Positions 21,529 to 30,662 of a DNA stretch of 64,000 nt are shown in pieces. The DNA is taken from NCBI GenBank assembly GCA_037141055.1, contig JBAXDH010000005.1, positions 90-64,089 of the forward strand, in the 5' to 3' direction. Numbering within the stretch: the stretch's first letter is position 1; each line of letters opens with the position of its first letter. The notes below the pieces were generated by a model. It was not told the origin of the DNA and did not search any database. It saw only the letters and a program-made list of their open reading frames with translations. The DNA comes from a bacterium. Lineage in GTDB: Bacteria; Bacteroidota; Bacteroidia; Bacteroidales; FEN-979. Made by a program: the position numbers and the translations under genes.

Positions 21529-23781
21529 TTACCTTCTAGGTCCACGATAGTCGCCTCCGCCGCGACGGTCGCCTCCGCGATCATGTCCGCGGTCGCGGTC
21601 ACGGTCACGGTCATTTCCGCGATCGGGGCGGTCTGAACGTGGCTCAGGCGCCCTTTCAACGTAGCCTTCCGGCTTGGGAAGCAATGCCCTGCGCGAAAGT
21701 TTCAATTTTCCGGTTTTAGGATCAACTTCAATCAGTTTAACTTCAACTTCATCACCGACTTTCAGCGCATCCTCAACCTTTTCCAACCTTTTCCAATCTA
21801 TTTCGGAAATATGCAGCAGTCCGTCCTGGTTGGGAAGGATTTCAATGAATGCTCCGAATGACTGTATGTTCTTTACTTTTCCCCTGTATATCTCGCCAAC
21901 TTCGGCAACCGAAGCAATCCGCTTGATCTTTTCGATCACCTTGTCGCGGGCTTCCATGTTGTCGGCAACGATGTCGACAATGCCGAATTCACCAACTTCT
22001 TCAATCACGATGGTGGTTCCTGTTTCACGCTGCATTTCCTGGATTACTTTTCCACCGGGGCCGATGATCGCACCGATAAATTCTTTTGGAACCTTCATCT
22101 GGAAGATACGCGGTACGAACGGCTTGAAATCGGCGCGTGGTTCGGTGATGGTCTTCGCCATTTCCCCGAGGATGTGCATGCGTCCCTGGCGGGCCTGTGC
22201 AAGTGCTTCGCGAAGAATGTCGAACGACAAACCATCAACTTTGATGTCCATCTGGCAGGCGGTAATCCCGTCGCGGGTACCGCAAACCTTGAAGTCCATG
22301 TCGCCGAGGTGATCTTCGTCACCAAGAATATCGGACAAAACAACGTAACGCTTGTTGTCGGTGATAAGTCCCATGGCAATTCCCGAAACAGGCTTGGCGA
22401 TTTTCACACCTGCATCCATGAGTGCCATGGTTCCTGCGCAAACGGTTGCCATGGACGAACTGCCATTCGATTCGAGAATATCGGAAACGATGCGTATGGT
22501 GTATAAATTATCAGCACCCTGCGGGATCATGTTTTTCAATGCACGAAGTGCCAGGTTTCCATGGCCGATTTCACGGCGGCCCGTGCTGCGGATCGGTTTT
22601 ACTTCACCGGTTGCAAAGGACGGGAAGTTGTAATGCAGGATGAAATTGACCTTGCCTTCAATGATGGCGCCGTCAATGGCCTGCTGATCAAGTTTTGTTC
22701 CAAGGGTCACCGTTGTGAGCGACTGGGTTTCACCGCGGGTGAAGATGGCCGAACCATGTGCTGCCGGCAGGTAATCGATCTCTGTCCAGATCGGGCGGAT
22801 CTCATCAAGTTTGCGGCCGTCGAGCCTTTTGCGGTTATCCATGGTTGCATTGCGGATTGCCTCCTTTTCAACTTCATGGTAATAGCGGCCGATCAGATTT
22901 TTGTTTGCTTCCTTTTCCTCATCGGTCAGGGTGGCGATAAATTCTGCCTTTATGGCTTCAATGGTCTTTTTGCGTTCATGCTTGTTCGCATTTCCGCTGG
23001 TGGCCATTTCATAAACCTTCTGGTAGGTTTCTTTGTGAACCTTCTCCTTGAATTCAGGGTTGTTCGATTCGTGGCAATAAGTGCGTTTAACCTTCGATTT
23101 TTCGATCATGGAAGCCAGTTCGGTCTGTGCGTTGCACTGGTCCTTGATGGCTTCATGCGCCACGCGGATGGCTTCCACCATGTCATCCTCCGAAACTTCC
23201 TTCATTTCGCCTTCAACCATCAGGATGTTGTCGATGGATGCGGCTACAATCATGTCGATGTCGGCATCTGCCATTGCATCGATATTCGGATTGATGACAA
23301 ACTGTCCGTTAATCCTGGCAACCCTCACTTCGGAGATGGGACCGTTGAACGGGATGTCGCTTACCGCCAACGCGGCAGATGCTGCAAGGCAGGCAAGTGC
23401 ATCGGGCAATACGTTTTTATCGGCTGAGATCAGGGTAACCATTACCTGGACTTCAGCATGGAAGTCATCGGGGAAAAGCGGGCGGAGAGCCCTGTCAATC
23501 AATCTTGAGATGAGAATTTCGTAGTCGGAAGGCCGGGCTTCGCGCTTGAAAAAGCCACCCGGGAATCTGCCGGCAGCTGCATATTTTTCGCGATATTCAA
23601 CCGATAACGGCATGAAGTCGACGTTTTCTTTGGCGTCCTGGTTTGCTACAACGGTAGCAAGCAGCATGGTGTCGCCCATCTTTACAACGACAGCCCCGTC
23701 GGACTGTTTGGCGAGTTTGCCTGTTTCGAGTGTGATCTCCCGTCCATCGGGAAGGGTAAAAGTTTTTGTTATTCCATTCAT
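21529..23781 (-). CDS. pnp: Polyribonucleotide nucleotidyltransferase (PNPase) with an Arg/Asp/Gly-rich C-terminal tail
   Basis: 750 aa with two RNase PH domains plus KH and S1 domains. The tail is ...[36 protein letters not shown]. Confidence 0.95.
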   Translation of the reverse strand: MNGITKTFTLPDGREITLETGKLAKQSDGAVVVKMGDTMLLATVVANQDAKENVDFMPLSVEYREKYAAAGRFPGGFFKREARPSDYEILISRLIDRALRPLFPDDFHAEVQVMVTLISADKNVLPDALACLAASAALAVSDIPFNGPISEVRVARINGQFVINPNIDAMADADIDMIVAASIDNILMVEGEMKEVSEDDMVEAIRVAHEAIKDQCNAQTELASMIEKSKVKRTYCHESNNPEFKEKVHKETYQKVYEMATSGNANKHERKKTIEAIKAEFIATLTDEEKEANKNLIGRYYHEVEKEAIRNATMDNRKRLDGRKLDEIRPIWTEIDYLPAAHGSAIFTRGETQSLTTVTLGTKLDQQAIDGAIIEGKVNFILHYNFPSFATGEVKPIRSTGRREIGHGNLALRALKNMIPQGADNLYTIRIVSDILESNGSSSMATVCAGTMALMDAGVKIAKPVSGIAMGLITDNKRYVVLSDILGDEDHLGDMDFKVCGTRDGITACQMDIKVDGLSFDILREALAQARQGRMHILGEMAKTITEPRADFKPFVPRIFQMKVPKEFIGAIIGPGGKVIQEMQRETGTTIVIEEVGEFGIVDIVADNMEARDKVIEKIKRIASVAEVGEIYRGKVKNIQSFGAFIEILPNQDGLLHISEIDWKRLEKVEDALKVGDEVEVKLIEVDPKTGKLKLSRRALLPKPEGYVERAPEPRSDRPDRGNDRDRDRDRGHDRGGDRRGGGDYRGPRR

Positions 23782-23802
23782 GTTTGTCTCTTTCAGATAT
23801 TA

Positions 23803-23830
23803 AAAGAGGCAATTATAACATTGCCTCTTT
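23803..23830 (-). terminator. rpsO-pnp intergenic hairpin (terminator/attenuator or processing site)
   Basis: Perfect 11-bp stem AAAGAGGCAAT / ATTGCCTCTTT with a 6-nt loop. Followed on the minus strand by TAATAT. Confidence 0.5.
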
Positions 23831-23856
23831 CTTGATTTATAAAGAAAATGATTAAT

Positions 23857-24126
23857 TTATTTACGAATACCAAGTTTTTTGATGATATCACGGTAACGTT
23901 GAATTTCTTTGCTCTTCAGATAATCCAGTAACTTTCTGCGCTTGCCTACCATGATCACGAGTGAACGTTCTGTCACCATGTCTTTCTTGTTGATTTTCAA
24001 ATGCTCGGTAAGATGCTGGATTTTCATTGTAAACAGAGCCACCTGTGCCTCAGTGGAGCCGCTGTCAAATTCTGATTTTCCGTAGTCCTTAAATGCTTTC
24101 TTTTTTACTTCAGGTGCTAAATTCAT
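23857..24126 (-). CDS. rpsO: 30S ribosomal protein S15
   Basis: 89 aa with GSTEAQVALFT...HLKxNKKD...GKRRKLLDYL. Confidence 0.95.
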   Translation of the reverse strand: MNLAPEVKKKAFKDYGKSEFDSGSTEAQVALFTMKIQHLTEHLKINKKDMVTERSLVIMVGKRRKLLDYLKSKEIQRYRDIIKKLGIRK

Positions 24127-24176
24127 TGTTGTACGTGTTGTTTCTGATTAACTTAATAGGCCTTTTAAACGGGCTG

Positions 24177-24208
24177 CAAAATTATTCATTTCTTTTGATA
24201 TTACCAAA
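24177..24208 (-). promoter_or_regulatory. Candidate Bacteroidota-type promoter for rpsO
   Basis: The minus strand has TTTG (24208-24205), a 20-nt spacer, then TAATTTTG (24184-24177). This matches the -33 TTTG / -7 TAnnTTTG consensus, about 50 nt upstream of the ATG. Confidence 0.45.
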
Positions 24209-24269
24209 TAATTATTAGTATATCGATGAAATACCCGCAACGAATCATTTTCAGTGAACAAAAGGTCAG

Positions 24270-24998
24270 CTATTTGAGGTCGCTGGCTTTGGCCTGCTCG
24301 ATGATCACATCGTAGGTGTAGCCGGAACCGAAATCCCTGTTCAGGGCAACAATCCCCATGAAGGTGGCTTGCCTTCCAACTGCAACACTATCCATGGATG
24401 TGATGGTTACGTCAAATCTGTCTGAAAAGTCGGTGCCGTCCTGAATGTGAAACCAGTTTTTATTCATGATCTGGCTGTTGAATTTCACAACCACACCCCT
24501 GATGGTCACCGTTTTGCCGGCATACATCCCCGGGTTTTTATAGAGATCTGCAATGGTTATCCCGCCTTTGGGTGGGGTAACCGAGACTTCCGACCATCGT
24601 TTGATGTCTGGTTTTTTAGGAGTCAGTGGCGGCTGGTTTTCTGGCGGTGCGGTTGCCAGGGTGCTTTTGGGATCCTGTACAAAAAAGATGGAGGGGAAGG
24701 TGCGCCCCAGTTCCTTGCTTACAAAATTTTTCATCTCATATGCCTGGGCATAATAAACCGAATCTCCCGGCTTAGAGGCTGTTTTTACAACGGCTATCCA
24801 GAATTTGGCCCCGTTTTCCTCGACCTGCAGGTATGTGTAATTGCTCGTTTGAATGACCTCAGTGATCACGGTCCCGTGTGTTCCTGCGGGTAATACCGGC
24901 CCCTTGTTCTTCCCTCCGCTGCGGTAAAATATTGTCACGATGAAAAACGCTCCGAGGAGCAGCAAAACGACTGGAAATATAATTTTGTTCTTATTCAT
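24270..24998 (-). CDS. Hypothetical membrane-anchored/secreted protein with two OB-fold-like halves
   Basis: Start trimmed to ATG 24998 (MNKNKIIFPVVLLLLGAFF). Has an SNYTYLQVEENGAKFWIAV half and a KTVTIRGVVVKF...WFHIQDGT half. No family assigned with confidence. Confidence 0.35.
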   Translation of the reverse strand: MNKNKIIFPVVLLLLGAFFIVTIFYRSGGKNKGPVLPAGTHGTVITEVIQTSNYTYLQVEENGAKFWIAVVKTASKPGDSVYYAQAYEMKNFVSKELGRTFPSIFFVQDPKSTLATAPPENQPPLTPKKPDIKRWSEVSVTPPKGGITIADLYKNPGMYAGKTVTIRGVVVKFNSQIMNKNWFHIQDGTDFSDRFDVTITSMDSVAVGRQATFMGIVALNRDFGSGYTYDVIIEQAKASDLK

Positions 24999-25188
24999 AG
25001 ATAAAAGGGTTGTCCTGTTTTTTTTATTTTTCAGGGTGCAAAGATAAAAAATAATTTGGTACCAGCCGACAACAGGGGAAAGGCATTGCTGCCGCATAAC
25101 AGGGAGGCGGTTGGAGTCAGAAAGTTATACTGAATCTTGGCAGGTTTGCAATCGCAAAGCTGCTTTAATTCAGTCATACTGAGCGTTT

Positions 25189-25212
25189 GAGTTTGCTTTT
25201 CTTTGCAAACTC
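25189..25212 (-). terminator. Hairpin downstream of the beta-barrel gene (8-bp stem GAGTTTGC / GCAAACTC)
   Basis: Read directly. There is no clear T-tract, so this is a tentative operon end. Confidence 0.35.
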
Positions 25213-25242
25213 AGGCAGTCGAAGTATAATTGTGGCAAAGAG

Positions 25243-26877
25243 TTAGAATCGCTGGGTGATATTGATGTATACGCGGTTGAATATCTGGTTCCTGTCGAAT
25301 GTTCCTTCATAATAGACTCCGCAGGAGAGTTTTCTGAGTATTCGCCAGGTAAGATTGACTTCGGCCATGTTTTGAGACAGTTTCGATTCTCCGCTGTAAA
25401 ATTTGTAGCTGACGTAGCGGTAGCCCAATTCTCCCGAAAGTTTTCCCGGGACAAGGTCGCGGGAGATCCCAAGGCTGTATATATTACCCGACATGTAACC
25501 TGTTTCCAGTATGGTCGCGGAAATGGTTGCGGATGCCCGGATGCCCGGAATGTTGCTGTAGGTGATATAGCCGTACAGGTTTTTTGACGGGTGGGGGTCT
25601 TTTTTACTGCTGCGGTATCCGGCGTTTACACCAATGGATAAATTATTCACGGGCTGGTAAGTTACCTGCGCTGTAAAGCCCTGGACTGCTGCTGCTTCCA
25701 GCAGTTTGTCGACAATTGACTTGTAGGTTTCGTAATAGATTACATTTTGCCGCGTGCTGTAGGAAACGGTGAGTGACAATTGCCGGATCGGTTTATACCT
25801 GAGGGATACATATAAATTCGAAAGAACCGGCGAGTTGTTTTGTGTGTATGTCGTATCCTTGCTGACGGCTGTATCCATCTGGTTCATGGTTTTTTTATAC
25901 AGGTCGACTTCCACCGATCCGAAAAAGAACAAATTGCGGATGAGCGAATTCGTGTGCTGCAGGTAGGCAAACCTCCGGTCGGTGGATCCGCTGTTCGTTT
26001 GTTGGATAAAGGCAAGGGTTGTTTGCATATTCCCGTTTTTCGTCGACAGGTCATGACCTACATAACCTCCTAATTGCAAAAGGTTTGGATTGAAACTGTA
26101 ATTTTTGTAGTCAGGTCTCGTGCCGGCGATGAGGCCAATGGTGAATTTGCCTGCCCTCAGTTCATATTGAAGTCCGTCGATGGCCCCGACGTTGGAAATC
26201 CTCGGGTTTATTTTCCGGCCCAGCCAGAGGGTGTTGGATTTGTTGAATTCATAATTAAATGCCAGGCTGTAGATTTTCAGCCCATTGAACAGGTCATTCC
26301 GGATTTCGCTCCAGTTGTCAAGTTTGTGAGCAAATGAGATGTAGGTTTCAGCAGATAATTTCGTGTTTCCGATATTCTGAATCGCCATCGAAAACGTATA
26401 CCGCATGCGTTGCGAATTGGCTGTGATGTTGGAGAAATTCGAATAGGAAGCAAGGGAAATATTTCCGCTGACAATCTGCTTTAAGGCTTTTGCCCCGGGT
26501 TTTACCGGTGCAATCGTGTCCGCTGCCACAGGAACAGGCTGCGGTGCTTCCGTTGCCGTGGCGACCGGAGTTTGAGGGCTCAATAATTGTCTGGTTGAAA
26601 ATACCTGGTCGCCCACTGAAAGTTTGATGCCGGGAAATGGCACGCACACGCATGAAATTGAAGAAATATCACTGACGGCAACGGCAGGAATGCGAACACC
26701 GTTCTGAGTGATGAACAGCGTATCCCCGGCAGAAATGTTCTCTGTGGATTGAAATTTAACATAGATATTCTGCGAGGTCACATAGGACACCTTGCCTTCC
26801 CTGGCTTCCGGAAGGTTCTGACCTGCAAGAAAGGTCCACGAAAATATCAGCAGTATTGCTGGCAGCAGGATTTTCAT
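25243..26877 (-). CDS. Outer-membrane beta-barrel protein with an N-terminal soluble domain and Pro/Ala-rich linker (candidate porin of a porin-cytochrome complex)
   Basis: 544 aa with signal peptide MKILLPAILLIFSWTFLAGQ. An ~85-aa N-domain is followed by the linker SPQTPVATATEAPQPVPVAADTIAPVKPGA. About 410 aa of alternating amphipathic strands end in the OMP-type C-terminus ...YINITQRF. Confidence 0.6.
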   Translation of the reverse strand: MKILLPAILLIFSWTFLAGQNLPEAREGKVSYVTSQNIYVKFQSTENISAGDTLFITQNGVRIPAVAVSDISSISCVCVPFPGIKLSVGDQVFSTRQLLSPQTPVATATEAPQPVPVAADTIAPVKPGAKALKQIVSGNISLASYSNFSNITANSQRMRYTFSMAIQNIGNTKLSAETYISFAHKLDNWSEIRNDLFNGLKIYSLAFNYEFNKSNTLWLGRKINPRISNVGAIDGLQYELRAGKFTIGLIAGTRPDYKNYSFNPNLLQLGGYVGHDLSTKNGNMQTTLAFIQQTNSGSTDRRFAYLQHTNSLIRNLFFFGSVEVDLYKKTMNQMDTAVSKDTTYTQNNSPVLSNLYVSLRYKPIRQLSLTVSYSTRQNVIYYETYKSIVDKLLEAAAVQGFTAQVTYQPVNNLSIGVNAGYRSSKKDPHPSKNLYGYITYSNIPGIRASATISATILETGYMSGNIYSLGISRDLVPGKLSGELGYRYVSYKFYSGESKLSQNMAEVNLTWRILRKLSCGVYYEGTFDRNQIFNRVYINITQRF

Positions 26878-26887
26878 CGCGGTGGGT

Positions 26888-29059
26888 TTACTCTTTACGT
26901 TCCAATATGTTCATCATTTTACCCCCGGATCCCGTAGGATGGCAGTTGTAACAGGCAGCACTGTTATAGGAATACCCGCTGATACCCTGGTGCTTGCTGT
27001 TTGTTGAGGATTGGGGATGGCAGGAGGTTGTGCAGGTGAATACGGCATAATTTGCAGGATTTGTATGGCAGTCGGCACAGGTATTCCATTTCCCGTTGTG
27101 CCTTCCCGAATAAATCGGAAAGTACTGGCCGTCGTGGTTCCAGTTGGCCGGATTCCAAGCTGTTTGAGAATGGCAGTCGGCACATGTGGTCGGGAACTGT
27201 GCAGCCGCATGCCCCGGGTTCGTGGTCTGGTTGTAATTCGTCAGGTGGCAGCCGACACATGTGTTGGGAGTTGTATTGTAATTCCCGTTGTGGCAGGTGA
27301 TGCAGGGCACGGATATATGCGCCCCGGCCAGGACATAATAATTGTTGTGAATCGGGAAGGTGGCAGGTGTCCAGTTCGGGTTGGTTGTATGACAAGTATT
27401 GCATGTTGAAGGATAATTGCCTGCGGCGTGGCTCGGGTTGACCGATGTGTTGTAGTTCGGCATGTGACAACCTGCACATGTATTGGGTGTGTTCACATAA
27501 CTTCCCTGGTGGCAGGCAAAGCAATTGTTGGCGATGGCGGCATGAGCTCCCGTTAGCGGATAAACATTGTTATGATTAAAGTTCGATGGCGACCAGGCAA
27601 TCTGGGAGTGGCAGGTTTCGCATGTAGTCGGGAAGTTTGATGTAATATGGTTGGGATTTGTCGATGCATTGTATTTGTCGGCATGGCATCCGAAACAAAC
27701 TCTTGCAGTTGTGTTGGTGTAGGTACCATTGTGGCACTTTGCACAATCATTGGCAATCGGGAGATGTGCCCCCGCCAGTACATAATAATTATTGTGTATG
27801 GCAAACGATGCCGGTTTCCATGTCGGAAGCGTAGAGTGGCATGTTCCGCAATCAGTGGGAATGCTAATCGCAGCATGATTCGGATTTACCGATTGGTTAT
27901 AGTTTTGGGTATGACAATTATAGCACACCATTGAAGTGCCAGCATAACCTTGAGAATGACATTTGATGCATTCTGTAGTAAGATGCGCTCCTGTAAGTGG
28001 AAAAGGGGATGTGGCATGGTTAAATGTTCCTTCTTTTGAACCTGTGGGATGGCAGGCATAGCAGGCTGGGCTGTTATAAGCATAGCCTTGAACTTCTTTG
28101 TGACCATCATTCATGTCGGGTTGGTTGTGGGCATGGCAATCAATGCAGGTAAACTGCTGATAGCTGGCCGGGTTGTTGTGACATTCGGCACAGGTGTTCC
28201 AGGTTCCGAGATGTTTCCCTGAATAAATGGGGAATGATTTGGTGTCATGTGTCCGGTATTCGGCCGGTTTCCATCCGATTTCGGTGGTGTGGCAGTCATT
28301 GCAGGTCGTTGAAAAGCCAATGGAAGAGTGGTTTGGATTTACCGTACCATTGTAGTTTGCAAGGTGACAGGAAACACATTCCCGGGAAGTACTGGCATAA
28401 TTCGGTGTTTTATGACAATCCTGGCAGGCACTGTTTGCATGTCCCCTGGTAAGCGGGAAAAAATCATGGTTGATGCCGGCTCCCGTCCATGAACCGGAGG
28501 CCATGTTGTGGCAGTCAAGGCAGTTTTTCGAAAAGCCCCCTGCCGTGTGATTCGGGTTTGTCGTGGCCGTATAATCTTTTTGATGACAATCAATGCATTC
28601 AACGCCAAGCGGGCCAAAATACAGTCTGGATGCTGATGCATTTTTGTGACAGTCGAAACAATCTGCGTTAATATGTTTTCCGACCAGCGGGAACCGGCTT
28701 CGCTGGTGAATCTCCGTAATATTATTTATAACCCAGGATATTGGAGTATGGCACCTTCCGCAGTCGGGTCCCAGGGTTTGGTTGTGCATGTCGGTGTGGC
28801 AGGAAATGCACTGCTTTCCTGCTTTGCTAAACTCCAGCGACGTGTGGCACAACCTGCAGTTCACGGCCTTATGCTGCCCTGCGAGCGGGAATTTTGTCGT
28901 ATTATGATCAAACGACAGGACCTTCATGTCAATTTTCCACCCGGTGGTGGAATGGCAATCCATGCAGTTCACAGTGAAGTTGACTCCGTGCGGAGATTTC
29001 TGGGCAAACAGGCTTACAGAAAGTATCAGCGCCAATATTAATGATGACAGTTTTCGCAT
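26888..29059 (-). CDS. Multihaem c-type cytochrome with 28 predicted haem sites
   Basis: 723 aa with a signal peptide. I count 27 CxxCH plus one CxxxCH (CTTSCH), about one haem per 26 residues. It overlaps the upstream cytochrome gene by 22 nt. Confidence 0.9.
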   Translation of the reverse strand: MRKLSSLILALILSVSLFAQKSPHGVNFTVNCMDCHSTTGWKIDMKVLSFDHNTTKFPLAGQHKAVNCRLCHTSLEFSKAGKQCISCHTDMHNQTLGPDCGRCHTPISWVINNITEIHQRSRFPLVGKHINADCFDCHKNASASRLYFGPLGVECIDCHQKDYTATTNPNHTAGGFSKNCLDCHNMASGSWTGAGINHDFFPLTRGHANSACQDCHKTPNYASTSRECVSCHLANYNGTVNPNHSSIGFSTTCNDCHTTEIGWKPAEYRTHDTKSFPIYSGKHLGTWNTCAECHNNPASYQQFTCIDCHAHNQPDMNDGHKEVQGYAYNSPACYACHPTGSKEGTFNHATSPFPLTGAHLTTECIKCHSQGYAGTSMVCYNCHTQNYNQSVNPNHAAISIPTDCGTCHSTLPTWKPASFAIHNNYYVLAGAHLPIANDCAKCHNGTYTNTTARVCFGCHADKYNASTNPNHITSNFPTTCETCHSQIAWSPSNFNHNNVYPLTGAHAAIANNCFACHQGSYVNTPNTCAGCHMPNYNTSVNPSHAAGNYPSTCNTCHTTNPNWTPATFPIHNNYYVLAGAHISVPCITCHNGNYNTTPNTCVGCHLTNYNQTTNPGHAAAQFPTTCADCHSQTAWNPANWNHDGQYFPIYSGRHNGKWNTCADCHTNPANYAVFTCTTSCHPQSSTNSKHQGISGYSYNSAACYNCHPTGSGGKMMNILERKE

Positions 29060-30654
29060 TTGAATTCTTTTATTTTATAAAGTATAAAAGCTATTCCTTT
29101 ATCCTGTGCTGGTTTGTGACATTTCGCACAGGCAACATTTTTATGTTTTCCGTCCAGTGGAAAAAGAGTTTTACTATGATCAAATTTTGTGACGGGCTTG
29201 AAAGCATCAACGCCATGACAGGAAAAACAGTCGGTTTCCCCGTTTTTCTCAAACTGCCTTGCATGAATATCCGTATGACAACTGAAGCATGTTTTGGGCA
29301 ATCCGCTGAATTGCTGGGTTGGTTCAGCGCCTTCCGTTTTTTTGAAATGACAATCCCTGCATGTTTTTTTTGCATGCGCACCGGTAAGTTCGAAATTGGT
29401 TTTGGCATGATCAAAATTAACTTTGCTCCACCTTGCTTCACTGTGGCAACTTTCGCAACTGGATCCGGGATAATACTTGTCACTGATAAAATTCTGATGG
29501 TAATTTTTATGACAATCAATGCATTGTTTCCCGATCTCCCTGAAATGCCATGTTGTATCGGTTTTCGAGATTTGTTTTTTATGACATGCAAAACATGGCG
29601 TGGCAAGGTGTGCTCCCTTGAGCGGGAAAATACCCTCATTGTGCTGGGCAATGGTATAGTTGAATTCTTTAAATCCGTATACGGTATGGCATTGTGAGCA
29701 GTCGGGAGACACACCTTGTTTGGCAAACTGGTTTTTATGATAATCGGTGTGGCAGTCGGTGCACTTGTCAAATTTTAAAGCATTTGTAAGTTTAGTTTTA
29801 TGGCATTCGATGCAGGTGACTTTTAAATGTCTGCCATAAAGTTTGAAGTCAGTTTTGTCATGGTCGAAATTTTGTCCTCCCTTGATGATGCTGAATGATG
29901 ATCCAGTATGGCATTGTGTGCATACCTGGCCGAATTTGTTGTTATGCGCATCTTTATGGCAGCTGGTGCAGTTATCGAATTTGATGCCCTTGAATTCCTG
30001 GTATTTCAGATTGTTTTTAACGCCAATTTTATGACATGTAACACAAAGAACTTCCTGGTGTTTGCCGACCAGTTGAAATTTTGCTTTGTTGTGATCAAAT
30101 TTTGTAACCGGTTTGAAAGCTTCCTGATCATGACATTCAGCACAATTTGCTGAAAGTGTTTGCTGATGGTAATCCGTATGGCATGTTAAACAAGCGGGAT
30201 TCAATCCAAGATAGGTAAATGTCTTCTTTTTAATTTTTTGATCCGAAATGTGTTCGCGTTTATGGCAGTCTATGCACTTTTTCTTTGCATGGGCCCCGGT
30301 CAGTTTAAAACCGGTAAGGTCATGGTTGAACTTATCCTTGTCAAAACGTATGATCTGAAAGTTAAGCCCGTGGTGGTCGCTGTGACAGGAAACGCATTCT
30401 TTTCCTTTTACGTCTGAAGAAGAATGATACCCTTTTTGCAGGTCGGTTCGTGCTTTAAGTTCGGTATGGCATTCAAGACATTTTTGATTTGAAACCTTTT
30501 TTCCAAGGATGTGGCATTTTGTACAGTTCGTTATTCCCTCGAGACTGGTATGTGCTTTAGAAAGTTCGCCGGGCGAAATCTGTCCGAACCCGGATCGGGA
30601 AAACAGAACGACCAGTAAAAATGCAACCGAAATATGGTTGATGTTCAGTTTCAT
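29038..30654 (-). CDS. Multihaem c-type cytochrome with 20 predicted haem sites (c7/c3-like repeat modules)
   Basis: 538 aa with a signal peptide. I count 20 CxxCH. The module CxxCHTDxH...CxxCH...FDH...F.L.G.H...CxxCH recurs. Confidence 0.9.
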   Translation of the reverse strand: MKLNINHISVAFLLVVLFSRSGFGQISPGELSKAHTSLEGITNCTKCHILGKKVSNQKCLECHTELKARTDLQKGYHSSSDVKGKECVSCHSDHHGLNFQIIRFDKDKFNHDLTGFKLTGAHAKKKCIDCHKREHISDQKIKKKTFTYLGLNPACLTCHTDYHQQTLSANCAECHDQEAFKPVTKFDHNKAKFQLVGKHQEVLCVTCHKIGVKNNLKYQEFKGIKFDNCTSCHKDAHNNKFGQVCTQCHTGSSFSIIKGGQNFDHDKTDFKLYGRHLKVTCIECHKTKLTNALKFDKCTDCHTDYHKNQFAKQGVSPDCSQCHTVYGFKEFNYTIAQHNEGIFPLKGAHLATPCFACHKKQISKTDTTWHFREIGKQCIDCHKNYHQNFISDKYYPGSSCESCHSEARWSKVNFDHAKTNFELTGAHAKKTCRDCHFKKTEGAEPTQQFSGLPKTCFSCHTDIHARQFEKNGETDCFSCHGVDAFKPVTKFDHSKTLFPLDGKHKNVACAKCHKPAQDKGIAFILYKIKEFKCENCHH

Positions 30655-30662
30655 GATTTTTG

